Notes under the pieces: generated by a model
Told to the model about the DNA's origin: nothing
The model's database searches: none
What the model saw: only the letters and a program-made list of their open reading frames with translations
Shown here: one piece after another, positions 29,527 through 40,169 of the stretch
Layout: every line of letters begins with the position of its first letter
Numbering within the stretch: the stretch's first letter is position 1
Program-made: the position numbers and the translations under genes
NCBI GenBank assembly: GCA_902634185.1
Contig: CACPJC010000002.1
Location: 1-64,000 of the forward strand
Reading direction: 5' to 3'
Source of the DNA: an uncultured Candidatus Actinomarina sp.
Lineage (GTDB): Bacteria; Actinomycetota; Acidimicrobiia; Actinomarinales; Actinomarinaceae
Length of the DNA stretch: 64,000 nt

Positions 29527-30669
29527 TTGAGTCTATTATCAAATAAGATGAAAAATCAAAATGTAACTTATGTCTTTGAAATTGGCAGAAAAGATAGACT
29601 AGCAGACGAAGATTCATCAAAAGAATTTTATTATGGATATCATCATTTTTCTAAAGAGTTTAAGAGCGTAAATTTAATTGAACTAAAAAACATAAACTTC
29701 AAAAATAATAATTTCATTTATTTCTTTGATAAATTACTTAGAAAATTAACTAATTTGCCATTTCATTTTTCTAGAGTGAATAACAAAAAAATATATGGAG
29801 ATTTTAAAAATGCTGACATCATTATTTTTAGCACAGAAAGATCAGCTATGTCATCTATGCTCATAATAAAAAAACTTAAAAAGAAGAAAAATGTAAAAAC
29901 ATTAGTCATCGTAATGGGACTGTTTGTAAAACCAGTAAATAATTTTATTAGTAAATTTCTACAGAAAGTCTCTATAAATTTTTTTCTTAATATTTATGAC
30001 AATATAGTCTTTCTTAGTAGAACAGAATTTGAGATTGCTAAAACCAAGTATCCAAAATTTAACAACAAGCTTTTCTATTTACCTTTTTCCGTTGATACAG
30101 ATTTTTGGAAAGTAGAAAAAGAAATGAATTTTACTAAAAAAGATAAAATTATTTTTATTGGTAATGATGGAAGAAGAAATTTCGATAAGGTCATTGAAAT
30201 AGCTAAAAAATTACCGCAATATAACTTTCTCTTTGTCACTGAAAAAATAGATGAGGAAAAAATTCAATCTTCAAATGTTACGTTAATCAAAGGTCACTGG
30301 AATTTAAATTTATTAAGTGATAATGAAATTAAGAAAATGTATTCCCAATCACGAATTTCACTAATTCCACTTATTAATAGTCTTCAACCATCAGGTCAAA
30401 GTGTAGCTCAACAATCAATGGCAATGGGGGTACCGGTAATCATTTCAAAAACTGATGGTTTTTGGGATTATGAAAAATATCAAAATAATGAAAATATAAT
30501 TTTTCAAGATAATGAAGATGTTGATTCATGGATTAAAGCTATAGAAGATCTCTATGAAAATCAAGATAAAGTAAGTTATATATCAACAAATGGACTAAAT
30601 CTTATTAAAGAAACAAACAATTTAGATAATTTTTATAAGAATCTTAAAAAAATACTAGCTCTTGACTGA
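29527..30669 (+). CDS. GT4-like glycosyltransferase
   Basis: SVDTDFW, QPSGQSVAQQSMAMGVPVI. Confidence 0.8.
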   Translation: MSLLSNKMKNQNVTYVFEIGRKDRLADEDSSKEFYYGYHHFSKEFKSVNLIELKNINFKNNNFIYFFDKLLRKLTNLPFHFSRVNNKKIYGDFKNADIIIFSTERSAMSSMLIIKKLKKKKNVKTLVIVMGLFVKPVNNFISKFLQKVSINFFLNIYDNIVFLSRTEFEIAKTKYPKFNNKLFYLPFSVDTDFWKVEKEMNFTKKDKIIFIGNDGRRNFDKVIEIAKKLPQYNFLFVTEKIDEEKIQSSNVTLIKGHWNLNLLSDNEIKKMYSQSRISLIPLINSLQPSGQSVAQQSMAMGVPVIISKTDGFWDYEKYQNNENIIFQDNEDVDSWIKAIEDLYENQDKVSYISTNGLNLIKETNNLDNFYKNLKKILALD

Positions 30670-31713
30670 ATTCTTTTTTAGTTTTCTTTTGTATAGAAAC
30701 AAAAATTTAAGAAATTTATTTATTGGATAGGTGTTTGTTCTTGAATTTACAATATCCATTTTTTTAGAAATTAGAGTTTCAAACATTCCTAAATAATCCA
30801 GACACATTTTTTCTGAACTGAAATGATAGGAGTTAATATTAGATTGATATTTAGAGTAATCACGGATAATTTCTTTTAACTTTATTTCAAAATTTTCTTC
30901 AACAAAACTTACTCCGTAGCCTTGACAATACTCAGGTATTCCCCCGCTATCAATATAAAGTATTGGTAAACCACACTGTGCAGCCTCAATGTGATGATTT
31001 CCAGATGGTTCATTTCTTGATGCGGTGACATATATATGATTTTTTTTAATTTCGTCAGCAAGTTCTTTTCCAGACAATGGTTGGATTAAATTTGTATTTT
31101 TAAAATCGATGTTTTTTGGAATATTTCCAATGTAAGTAAATTCAATTTTGTTTTTCCAGTATTCATCATCCAGCATCTCATCAATTTTCTTATAAATATC
31201 AAACCCTTTATTCCAGTTAGCTCCCCAATGATGAGTTGTGATTTTTAATGTGTCATTTTCATTCCAAATTTTATAATTGTCATTATTAAAAATTTCATTA
31301 TCTGCACCAGCAAGTATTACTTCATTACTTTTTGAAACCTCACCCTGATCTAAGAATAAGTTTCTCAACCATTCACTTACAAAAATTGAATGATCTGCAA
31401 CTTTATTTGCTTCTAAAAGATACTTATTTACAAATTTAGTATTTTTTCTTTCGTCACACTCATTGAATCTATGAACAACTATTACATCTTTCTTAATAAA
31501 TGTTTTGTAATACCAAACATCTATGTGCGTATATGCAGAAGATTCGGAAGTTTTTCTAGGTTCTGTCAATAATATAATGTCAATGTCATCATCGTCTAGA
31601 TTACTTAATACGATATGACCTCTTTGTTCAAGATAATTTTTAAGGTTTATAGCAAAAAGGTTTCCACCACCCCAAGGCCCTTCTTTAATGTTTGTTCCAA
31701 TACTAACTTTCAT
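30655..31713 (-). CDS. GT-B (GT4-like) glycosyltransferase
   Basis: GPWGGGN, FVSEWL, NKGF, EPSGNHHIEAAQCGLP. Confidence 0.8.
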   Translation of the reverse strand: MKVSIGTNIKEGPWGGGNLFAINLKNYLEQRGHIVLSNLDDDDIDIILLTEPRKTSESSAYTHIDVWYYKTFIKKDVIVVHRFNECDERKNTKFVNKYLLEANKVADHSIFVSEWLRNLFLDQGEVSKSNEVILAGADNEIFNNDNYKIWNENDTLKITTHHWGANWNKGFDIYKKIDEMLDDEYWKNKIEFTYIGNIPKNIDFKNTNLIQPLSGKELADEIKKNHIYVTASRNEPSGNHHIEAAQCGLPILYIDSGGIPEYCQGYGVSFVEENFEIKLKEIIRDYSKYQSNINSYHFSSEKMCLDYLGMFETLISKKMDIVNSRTNTYPINKFLKFLFLYKRKLKKNSVKS

Positions 31714-32626
31714 ATATCTCTCTAAATAATTTATTGAATTCTTTAAAGCCTTCCGGAATTAAATATCTTTTTGCATTTTCATAAGAAATATCTGTATTAG
31801 GGATTGCATCTTTATAATTATTCATATTGAAAATTGATTTCTTATCAAGTATCTCACTAGCTATACCTACATCAGTTGAAATAATTGGAGTTCTTGTCAT
31901 TGCAGTTTCAAGAATTGATTGTGGACCTCCTTCATACCTTGATGAGACAATATATAAATCTAAAATGTTGTACAACTCATTCAAATTTTGAAATGAAGTC
32001 ATTTCAAAATATTTATAATTAATCTCTCTTCTTGATAGTTCATCTAAAATGTAATTTCTTCTTTTTCCAGTCAAGATTATCTGAAGGTTTTCATTTTTTG
32101 TATTTAAGTATTCAACAATTTCTAAAAATCTGTCAGGGCCTTTTGATAATTTTGGAGATACTAAGTCATTCCCTTCTGTATCTCTTTGAAATGAACCAAC
32201 AAGGTAAGAATTAAGATCTACACTATACTTTTCTCTAAGTTGTTCTTTGTTTTTGATCTCAAACCATAAATTCTGATTAACCCAAAAAGGAATTTTATGA
32301 ACTGGCTTATCTGTAAGTTTAATTACCTGATCGAAAGTTTTATTTGATATAACGTGATAGTAATCAACAAATTTATCACGATCTTTAAATTCTATTTCTT
32401 CATTACTCTTAAATTTATCTTCGTCGATATGGTGTATGGTACAAACTACTTTATTTTTAATTAAATATTTTTTAGGAATTTTTCTCCATGTCCATGGAGC
32501 AATTAACCAAACAATTTTATCTCCAAATCTAAAGTTTTTTGATTGTTTGAAATTGAACTTGTTCCACTCATCAATGAATCTATCAACGACCCAATTTTCT
32601 TTTGCAGAGTTAATGTAAATTTTCAT
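31703..32626 (-). CDS. GT4-like glycosyltransferase
   Basis: KGPD, SSRYEGGPQSILETA...PIISTDVG. Confidence 0.85.
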   Translation of the reverse strand: MKIYINSAKENWVVDRFIDEWNKFNFKQSKNFRFGDKIVWLIAPWTWRKIPKKYLIKNKVVCTIHHIDEDKFKSNEEIEFKDRDKFVDYYHVISNKTFDQVIKLTDKPVHKIPFWVNQNLWFEIKNKEQLREKYSVDLNSYLVGSFQRDTEGNDLVSPKLSKGPDRFLEIVEYLNTKNENLQIILTGKRRNYILDELSRREINYKYFEMTSFQNLNELYNILDLYIVSSRYEGGPQSILETAMTRTPIISTDVGIASEILDKKSIFNMNNYKDAIPNTDISYENAKRYLIPEGFKEFNKLFREIYES

Positions 32627-33324
32627 ATTTTATATTGTGGCTTTATATTTTTCCTTACACAATTTGCGTAATAATTTTGTTCTGATTGTTTATTGGTTGA
32701 AATATTATTTTTCATATTAAGTTGGTATAAAGGATTTTTGATTATTTCATATCTATAATCTTTGCTAATTAAATCTTTCATTAATTTGTAATCTTGAGCG
32801 TAGTAAAAACTTTCATCATATTTTCCTACATCTAAAAGAACGGTCTTTTTAATAAATAAGGTACCGTGTATAAAAGGATTTTTATATTTCATAACCAATT
32901 TTGTTGGCAAAAAATATGAGAAACCAGGTATTTTTTTTTGGGAGTTTAAGATTGTTGCTCTTGAAGAACAGAAATCTAATTTCTGGTTTTCAACTGATTC
33001 GTACTGAAACAATATTCTATCTTTACTGCTAATATCATCAGCATCTTGTCTAGCTATATATTCACCTGTTGATTTATCAATTAACATGTTTAATGACTTT
33101 GTTAATCCAAGATTTTTAGAATTTCTATATACCTTTATATGTTTGTTTGTTTTTTCAAATTTGGAAAGTACATCATATGTGTTGTCTGTAGAGCCATCAT
33201 CAATAATCAAGAATTCAATATGGTTATAAGTCTGATTTAAAATACTTTTTATAGAATCATCGACGGTGTTTTCACAATTGAAGCAGCTCATCAAAACTGA
33301 AACTAATTTATTATTAAAGTTCAT
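32623..33324 (-). CDS. GT2 glycosyltransferase
   Basis: IDDGSTD, NLGLTKSLN, ARQDADD, AQDY. Confidence 0.9.
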   Translation of the reverse strand: MNFNNKLVSVLMSCFNCENTVDDSIKSILNQTYNHIEFLIIDDGSTDNTYDVLSKFEKTNKHIKVYRNSKNLGLTKSLNMLIDKSTGEYIARQDADDISSKDRILFQYESVENQKLDFCSSRATILNSQKKIPGFSYFLPTKLVMKYKNPFIHGTLFIKKTVLLDVGKYDESFYYAQDYKLMKDLISKDYRYEIIKNPLYQLNMKNNISTNKQSEQNYYANCVRKNIKPQYKI

Positions 33325-34462
33325 TAATTATTTTATTGAATATATCTATAAGTCTATCTTCATTTAAATTAGATTTAAGATATTCTTTATTTTTAATTCC
33401 TATATCTTCAATATATTCATTATTCTCCAATAGATTTATTTTTTCCGTCAAGTTCCTTATTTCATTTCGATCATACATAAGTTCATAATTAGATGGAAAA
33501 AACTCGCTTATTCCTCCGGTATCTGGAAAGATTGAAGGTACGCCAAAAGATGAGGCTTCACATAATAGAGTAGGTTGACCTTCAAAAAGTTTAGTTGCTG
33601 TTAAAACAGCTTTCGATTTTTTTATGATTTCTAAAGTTTCATAATTAGATTTTTGTCCACAAAATTCAATTAAATTTGTATTGTATTTATTCATTGCTTC
33701 GTTTAAATATGGCCCATCTCCAACAATCTTTAGTTTTGTATCTTTCAAATTACTAGCTAAAAATGCTTCAATTAAAGTTGCTATTCCTTTTTCATGGCTT
33801 ACTCTTCCTGCGTAGACTATATAGTTTTCAGAGACGTTTGATAAATCTTTTTCGATTTGAATATAGTTTTGAAATACATTTATTTTTTCTTCTTTAAAAC
33901 CTAAATTAATGAGATAATTTTTGTGAAATTTTGTCAAAACAAGTATTCTGTCTATGTCTTTTTTTAAAATTTGAAAATATTTTTTACCGTATCTATTTAC
34001 TAAAAAAGACTTTAAATAAGACTCTGTGAAGTATTTATTAAATATTTGAAATTTGAATTTCTCTCTTCCACATTTTCGACAAATTTGACCTTTCTCTTTA
34101 TTACATTGGATAAAATAACCTTTCGTACAGTCGTATCTAAAATTATGCAATTTTACAATCGTTTTTATATTTTTACTTTTTAGTATTTTAAATACTCCTA
34201 ACGAAGCTTTAAACCATGTGTTATGAACATATGCTAAATCAGGATTGAAAGAGTTTATTGTATCAGTTAATATTTTCATACTTGAGGTGTCTTTATTTAG
34301 TAAAAAACTTAAAATTTGAGATAAAAAATTGACTTCTTTATTTGAGAAATAAAGTGTGTGGACGTCGTATTGTCTTTCCAACAATTTTATTTCGTTCGTA
34401 ACCGCTATATCTTCACCACCCATATTTCTATAAGTGTTGTGTATCACAAGTATTTTTTTCAT
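33314..34462 (-). CDS. GT4 glycosyltransferase
   Basis: GGED, GRVSHEKG, EGQPTLLCEA. Confidence 0.9.
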   Translation of the reverse strand: MKKILVIHNTYRNMGGEDIAVTNEIKLLERQYDVHTLYFSNKEVNFLSQILSFLLNKDTSSMKILTDTINSFNPDLAYVHNTWFKASLGVFKILKSKNIKTIVKLHNFRYDCTKGYFIQCNKEKGQICRKCGREKFKFQIFNKYFTESYLKSFLVNRYGKKYFQILKKDIDRILVLTKFHKNYLINLGFKEEKINVFQNYIQIEKDLSNVSENYIVYAGRVSHEKGIATLIEAFLASNLKDTKLKIVGDGPYLNEAMNKYNTNLIEFCGQKSNYETLEIIKKSKAVLTATKLFEGQPTLLCEASSFGVPSIFPDTGGISEFFPSNYELMYDRNEIRNLTEKINLLENNEYIEDIGIKNKEYLKSNLNEDRLIDIFNKIINEL

Positions 34463-34495
34463 ATTTGTTAATCTATAATAGATTAATTTAAATAT

Positions 34496-35629
34496 TTGGA
34501 TTTAGAACAAATAATGAATGTAATTTTATTTTTCACATATGGAGTTTCCTTAAAAACATGGGAATCAACAGGTCTGTTAAGTAGAGAAATGGAATTTTAT
34601 AATCAGCTATCAAAAAAATATAATATTAGATTTACATTTGTGACATATGGTGACAAAGATGACTATCAGTATGAGAATTATTTTGATAACTTAAAAATTT
34701 TACCAATTTATGCATTATCGAAATATTCTGGATCAAAAGCTATTCGAATTTTAAAAACATTAATTATTCCATTCAGACTCAAGAAATTGATAAATAAAGA
34801 AAAAGTAATTATTAAAAGCAATCAAATGTATGGCGCCTGGGTTCCAATAATTTTTAAATTAATTACTAGAAACCCTCTTCTAATACGAACTGGTTATGAC
34901 CTCTTAGAATTTAGTATTCAAGAAAAAAAGAATTTATTAAAACTTTTTATTTATTACCTACTTACTTTTTTTGCATTAAATGTTTCTGATATTTTTGTCT
35001 CAACCTCAAAATACGATATAAAAAATTTAAGGAATAGATTTTTATTTAATAGAAGAAAAATATTTCATATACCTAATTGGGTTCCAACATTAGAAAATGA
35101 TTCTCAAGTCGCTCTAAATAAAAAAATAATTATGGTTGGAAGGATTGAGCAGCAAAAGAGGTTTGATTTAGCTTTAAAACTATTAAGCGATACTGATTTC
35201 ATTGTTGATATTTATGGTGAAGGCACCTTAAAAAATAGATTTATCCAAGAATCAAAATTTACAAATAATATTAATTTTTATGAAAAAGTAAACAATAAAA
35301 ACTTATTAAAAAAATATAAAGAATATGGTTTTTATTTATCATTGTCAGATTATGAGGGAAATTCAAAAACAATTCTAGAAGCATTGGCATCAGGTTGTAT
35401 AGTTATAGCCTCAAATATTTCAAATAATCTTGAAATAATAACTAATGGAAAAAATGGATTTATATTTGATAGAAGCAATGATAACTTAATTGAATTACTT
35501 AATAATATTTTTAGTGATCATGAAATTATGAAACAAATTTCAAGCGAGGCAAGGCTATATATTCAAAAAAATAATTCGATCGAAGTAATTACAGATAAAG
35601 AATTTGAAATATTAACTAAATTAATTTGA
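34496..35629 (+). CDS. GT4 glycosyltransferase (likely start ATG 34514)
   Basis: GRIEQQK, EGNSKTILEALASG. Confidence 0.85.
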   Translation: MDLEQIMNVILFFTYGVSLKTWESTGLLSREMEFYNQLSKKYNIRFTFVTYGDKDDYQYENYFDNLKILPIYALSKYSGSKAIRILKTLIIPFRLKKLINKEKVIIKSNQMYGAWVPIIFKLITRNPLLIRTGYDLLEFSIQEKKNLLKLFIYYLLTFFALNVSDIFVSTSKYDIKNLRNRFLFNRRKIFHIPNWVPTLENDSQVALNKKIIMVGRIEQQKRFDLALKLLSDTDFIVDIYGEGTLKNRFIQESKFTNNINFYEKVNNKNLLKKYKEYGFYLSLSDYEGNSKTILEALASGCIVIASNISNNLEIITNGKNGFIFDRSNDNLIELLNNIFSDHEIMKQISSEARLYIQKNNSIEVITDKEFEILTKLI

Positions 35630-37235
35630 ATTCTCGTTTGTTTTTTTCAACAAAAATTTTTAATTCAAAATCATAGTCAAAGTCATTTTTATTGTGTGTT
35701 GAGTTAATAATTGTAATATTTTCATCTTTTAGAATATCAAAAATTAGCTTTTTAGTCCTATCGTCTAGATTTGAAGTTGCTTCGTCCAGTAGTAAAATTT
35801 CTGAATCATTGAGCAGGGACCTTATAAAGGAAATTTTTTGCATCTGTCCAGACGAAAGCGTTTTATTATTAATTTGCTTATCCAAATCTATTTTATCTTC
35901 TTCGGTATAGAGTGAAAATTTGTTAACAATGTCATAGATTTCATCATCTGGTATTTCATTATCATTACCATAAAGTAAATTCTCTTTAATTGAACCATCA
36001 ATTATGAGAGGAGTGACACCAACATAACCTAATTTATTTGAATTAATATTTATATTTCCAGAAGTAGGTATATATAAACCAGAAATTAATCCCAACAATG
36101 TACTTTTACCAGACCCATTTGGACCTGTAATAATTGTGTGCTTGTTTTTTGGAAAGTTTAAATTAAGCTTATCAAAAATTGGTTCTTCAGAATTAAAATA
36201 TGAGAATTCAACATTTTTGAATTCAACAGATCCAGCCATTGATTCATCAACCTTATAATTTGAAATGTTTATGATCGGGCTTTCTTTATCAAGTTTATAT
36301 AGCTCTACAACATGAACGCTTGAATTTACAACCAAATTTAATCCATTATTCAATGTGCTAAGTGATTGAAAAAGTCTGAGTAAAACACCGATAAACTCAA
36401 TCGTAATTGCAGTTATAAATATAGAATTTGTAAACAATATTGATAATATAAAAATTGTTGCAAATGTTGGCATAATACTATTTAATGATCCAAATATTAT
36501 ATTTTTTGTTTGTCCTTCGGTATAGCCTTTGAGAGATTGTCTAAAGTTACTAAACTCATATTTCATACTTTTTAGTATTTTTACTAAAAATATATTGTCA
36601 ATTATTCGTTGAATTTTTGCATTTACATCCTTTGCCTCTAAAAAGGATATGTGTTGATAATGTTTTCCTCTGCTTAATAAATATTTAGTTGGAAAAATTA
36701 ATAGAATTGCTCCTCCTAGAAAAACAAGAAAAATACTGCTGTTAGATATAAACAAAAAGATTGAATATCCCAATATTTGAAGACAGCTATTAATAAAAAT
36801 TGCAAAGTACCTATAAAATGTCGATACATGTCCACTTACTTGATTTATATAAAAATAAGCATCGTTGGTTGATAAATTCCCTTTTTGAAATGCTTCTTGC
36901 ATAAGATGAAATTTTAAATTTTCAGCGACTGACAAACTTAGAGTTTCAATATTAAGTTTTTCAAAAAATAAAAAAACAAACCTAAATAATACTAAAACTG
37001 GAAGTAAAAACTTACTGTTTAAAAAATAATCAATTATATTTACGATTAATTTGTTTTCATAAAGTATTTCATTTGTGATTAATGATGAAAAAATAACAAT
37101 AATTGTTACATCAAGTAGTACCGCTAGATTTGATAAAATTATAGAAATAAAGACTCTTATTTTTTTGTTTGCAACTCCTGTTAGTTTTGAAACATATAAC
37201 GTTTTACCGTAAAGGTCTTTTACTTGTTCAAACAT
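35616..37235 (-). CDS. ABC exporter, fused TM + ATPase (PglK/Wzk-like glycan flippase candidate)
   Basis: GPNGSGKST, LSSGQ, LLLDEATS; N-terminal TM helices; island context. Confidence 0.8.
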   Translation of the reverse strand: MFEQVKDLYGKTLYVSKLTGVANKKIRVFISIILSNLAVLLDVTIIVIFSSLITNEILYENKLIVNIIDYFLNSKFLLPVLVLFRFVFLFFEKLNIETLSLSVAENLKFHLMQEAFQKGNLSTNDAYFYINQVSGHVSTFYRYFAIFINSCLQILGYSIFLFISNSSIFLVFLGGAILLIFPTKYLLSRGKHYQHISFLEAKDVNAKIQRIIDNIFLVKILKSMKYEFSNFRQSLKGYTEGQTKNIIFGSLNSIMPTFATIFILSILFTNSIFITAITIEFIGVLLRLFQSLSTLNNGLNLVVNSSVHVVELYKLDKESPIINISNYKVDESMAGSVEFKNVEFSYFNSEEPIFDKLNLNFPKNKHTIITGPNGSGKSTLLGLISGLYIPTSGNININSNKLGYVGVTPLIIDGSIKENLLYGNDNEIPDDEIYDIVNKFSLYTEEDKIDLDKQINNKTLSSGQMQKISFIRSLLNDSEILLLDEATSNLDDRTKKLIFDILKDENITIINSTHNKNDFDYDFELKIFVEKNKREFKLI

Positions 37236-37358
37236 TCCATAATCATTCTAGATAAAAGAAAAGAGTAAAAATTAATTATCTTTTTAATTCTTAAAATAAA
37301 CCATAAACCAAAAAATATCGAAGTTTTTTATCACTATATTGCGTACTAATATATATGT

Positions 37359-38387
37359 ATGTCAAAAAATGTACTCTTAACCGGAGGTCCTGGCTTTATT
37401 GGCCATCAAGCTGTAAAGAAATTATTAGAAAAAACTGACTGGAAGATTACAGTTATTGACAGACTAAGTTATGCGGGTGATTTAAATAGAATTGAGGAAA
37501 TTCTTTTAGAGTTGGGTGATGATAGTAGAAAAAGATTAGAGTTTATATTTTTTGATCTAAAGTCACCCTTTAATGATCAAATAATTAAAAAGCTTGGAAA
37601 TATAAATTATATAGTTCATATTGGGGCCTCTTCTCACGTAAATAGATCTGTCGAGGATCCTTCATTGTTTATTCAAGACAATATTGTGGGAACTTTTAAT
37701 CTGCTAGAAGCAGCAAAAAAATTTGAACAACTTGAGCTATTTTATTATTTTAGTACTGATGAAGTTTTTGGGCCGTCTGATGAAGACTCTAAATTTAAAG
37801 AATGGGATCGTTACAATTCTAAAAACCCATATGCAGCAACGAAAGCTGCTGGAGAAGAGCTTACGATATCCTTTTCAAATACATACTCTATTCCATCTTT
37901 AATAAGTCATTGTTGTAATGTTTATGGTGAAAGACAACATTTCGAAAAGTTTATTCCAAATACCATAAAAAAAGTACTCAACAATGACGAAGTTATTGTG
38001 CATACTGATGATAACAACATTCCAGGAAGCAGATATTATTTACATAATGAAGATCTCGCAGAAACGATTCTTTTTTTATTAGAAAATTATCAAATGGTTA
38101 TGAGTGAATCTGAAAAACTTTTTAATAAAAAACCTGCAAAAGTAAATATTACTGGAAATAGCCTCATTACAAATCTAGAAGTTGTCGAAAACATTCAGTC
38201 TCTTCTCAAAAAAGAAGTAAACTATAAACTCATCAATAATGATCCAGATAGACCGGGACATGATATAAAGTATGGGCTTGATAACTCTTTTCTTAAACAA
38301 ATTGGTGGAGAGTTTGATAGGGGTTTTGAAGCTGGTATAGAACAGACAGTAAATTGGTTTCTAGATAATAAAGAGTGGTTACAATAG
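37359..38387 (+). CDS. rmlB: dTDP-glucose 4,6-dehydratase-like
   Basis: GGPGFIG, SHVNRS, STDEVFG, YAATK, EKFIP, DRPGHD. Confidence 0.8.
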   Translation: MSKNVLLTGGPGFIGHQAVKKLLEKTDWKITVIDRLSYAGDLNRIEEILLELGDDSRKRLEFIFFDLKSPFNDQIIKKLGNINYIVHIGASSHVNRSVEDPSLFIQDNIVGTFNLLEAAKKFEQLELFYYFSTDEVFGPSDEDSKFKEWDRYNSKNPYAATKAAGEELTISFSNTYSIPSLISHCCNVYGERQHFEKFIPNTIKKVLNNDEVIVHTDDNNIPGSRYYLHNEDLAETILFLLENYQMVMSESEKLFNKKPAKVNITGNSLITNLEVVENIQSLLKKEVNYKLINNDPDRPGHDIKYGLDNSFLKQIGGEFDRGFEAGIEQTVNWFLDNKEWLQ

Positions 38388-38397
38388 TTAAAAATAA

Positions 38398-39279
38398 GTG
38401 ATAAAAAATATAATTAAAAAATTTAAGATTCGTTTTTTTTGGATAACTTTGGAAAGATTCCCTAATTTATTTAGACCATCTAGCAAACCATATTTATCAG
38501 GTGATACTTTAAGGAATTTCTCAGATCATGTCTTTGATGAATCAAAGTCTATAAAGCCAAATAGTATAAAAAAGAAAGATGTTGTCTTTGTAAGCTCAGA
38601 TGTAATAGACATTTTTTTTAACACTGTTTATATGGATATAAAAAACGAATTTGTTCTAATAACACACAATTCTGATACAAATATAAATAAACATCATCTT
38701 GAAAAAATTGATTCTCGAGTTATCCACTGGTTTGCACAGAATTTAAGTCAACAATCATCAGAAAAAGTCTCATTTATACCAATTGGTTTGGAAAACCTAA
38801 GAAGATTAAAGCATGGAAGAAGAAAATGGTTTGCAAATCCTACAAATAGTAAAACAAAAAATATTTTGTCATCATTTAACGAATTTACAAATTTTAAAGA
38901 AAGAGGAGAGATAAATTCTTTTTTTGAACAAAATAAATTAGTAGATAACAAAACATATGATCAAGTTGAAAACTACTTTACTGACTTACGAAAGTATAAA
39001 TTTGTGGTCTGCCCTGAGGGTAACGGATGTGACACACACAGAATATGGGAAGGCATTCTACTAAACACATTTCCAATATTTAAAATTTCAAATTTTACAA
39101 AAATGCTTGAAAATGAAGGGATTCCAGGTGTTTATATCAATAAATGGAGTGATTTAAATAAATTTACGAAAGAAGATTTGAACGAAATTTATCAAAATCT
39201 TTTAAAGAAAAATAAAAAAGATTTAGTATTTTTCAACTTTTGGGAAGACAGGATTAACAATATTCGGAATAGTTTTTAG
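38398..39279 (+). CDS. Exostosin/GT47-like glycosyltransferase (paralog of 21480)
   Basis: THNSD, WFAQN, IPIGLEN, CPEGNGCDTHRIWEG. Confidence 0.7.
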   Translation: MIKNIIKKFKIRFFWITLERFPNLFRPSSKPYLSGDTLRNFSDHVFDESKSIKPNSIKKKDVVFVSSDVIDIFFNTVYMDIKNEFVLITHNSDTNINKHHLEKIDSRVIHWFAQNLSQQSSEKVSFIPIGLENLRRLKHGRRKWFANPTNSKTKNILSSFNEFTNFKERGEINSFFEQNKLVDNKTYDQVENYFTDLRKYKFVVCPEGNGCDTHRIWEGILLNTFPIFKISNFTKMLENEGIPGVYINKWSDLNKFTKEDLNEIYQNLLKKNKKDLVFFNFWEDRINNIRNSF

Positions 39280-40138
39280 GTAAAAACTTTTTCAAATTTT
39301 TCGAGTGTATATGTAAGTTTGAAACCTCTATTTTTTTATTTTTATATTCCACATATGGAAAACTATTCAAGAATTTTGGAATTATCCTTTTTGCTTTAAT
39401 TTCTCGACCAACAATATCTTTAGTGTTTACCCACCTTCTTTTGAAAATATAATTACCACGTCTATGATGCATTCCATTAAAAAATTGGCCATAAGCTGCT
39501 GGATCAAAAATAATGTTTGAATCTAAATCATAAGGTAAAGTCGGTAAAATATTAAATAATTCATTATTCTTTTCTTTTATGATATTTAACATTCTCATTT
39601 CATGTAATGGGTTACCTCTTCCATAATGATCGGTGTAAGGTTTTATATCATCTAATATTTTATCTAAACCTTCTACTAGGTATTTAGTCAATATTTGTTT
39701 TGGAAAATACGAATATCCAAATATTAAATCGTTGAAATTATTCTGAGTTATGTTGATTTTATTCTTTGCAAATAAATTATTGTTGTCTAACTCTTTAAAT
39801 GATTTATAGATTAAAACATCATTGTCGAAATGTATAAAAGATTCTATATTTAATTTTTTCGATACCTCGTATAAAGAAAAAATTCTTAAGACAGATGTAT
39901 AAAATAATGGATATTTTTCTTTTGAATAGGGAGTATCTTCATAGTAATTTATTAGAAAATCTTTTTTTTCTTTTAATATCGGGAAATCCTCAAATGATAA
40001 ATTATTAATATTTTTATAGCTATTTTTTTTATTACTGAGAAAAAAAATCTCAGAATTTGTATCGACACTCTTTATAGTGTTGAATGTATATTCGATGTAA
40101 TCAGGAGTCTTTCCGTAATTGAATAATAAATATTTCAT
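39254..40138 (-). CDS. Putative GT-A glycosyltransferase of uncertain family
   Basis: HFDNDV (DxD), FDPAAYGQ, NLHIHSK. Confidence 0.55.
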   Translation of the reverse strand: MKYLLFNYGKTPDYIEYTFNTIKSVDTNSEIFFLSNKKNSYKNINNLSFEDFPILKEKKDFLINYYEDTPYSKEKYPLFYTSVLRIFSLYEVSKKLNIESFIHFDNDVLIYKSFKELDNNNLFAKNKINITQNNFNDLIFGYSYFPKQILTKYLVEGLDKILDDIKPYTDHYGRGNPLHEMRMLNIIKEKNNELFNILPTLPYDLDSNIIFDPAAYGQFFNGMHHRRGNYIFKRRWVNTKDIVGREIKAKRIIPKFLNSFPYVEYKNKKIEVSNLHIHSKNLKKFLPKNYSEYC

Positions 40139-40169
40139 TGAATACTCTACAATATTTTACCAATATTGA

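Noticed and set aside
11769-32939. Poly-A/T runs (near 11769 and 32931) as phase-variation switches
   Set aside because: Runs of about 9 nt are expected at this AT content, and no associated frameshift is seen.
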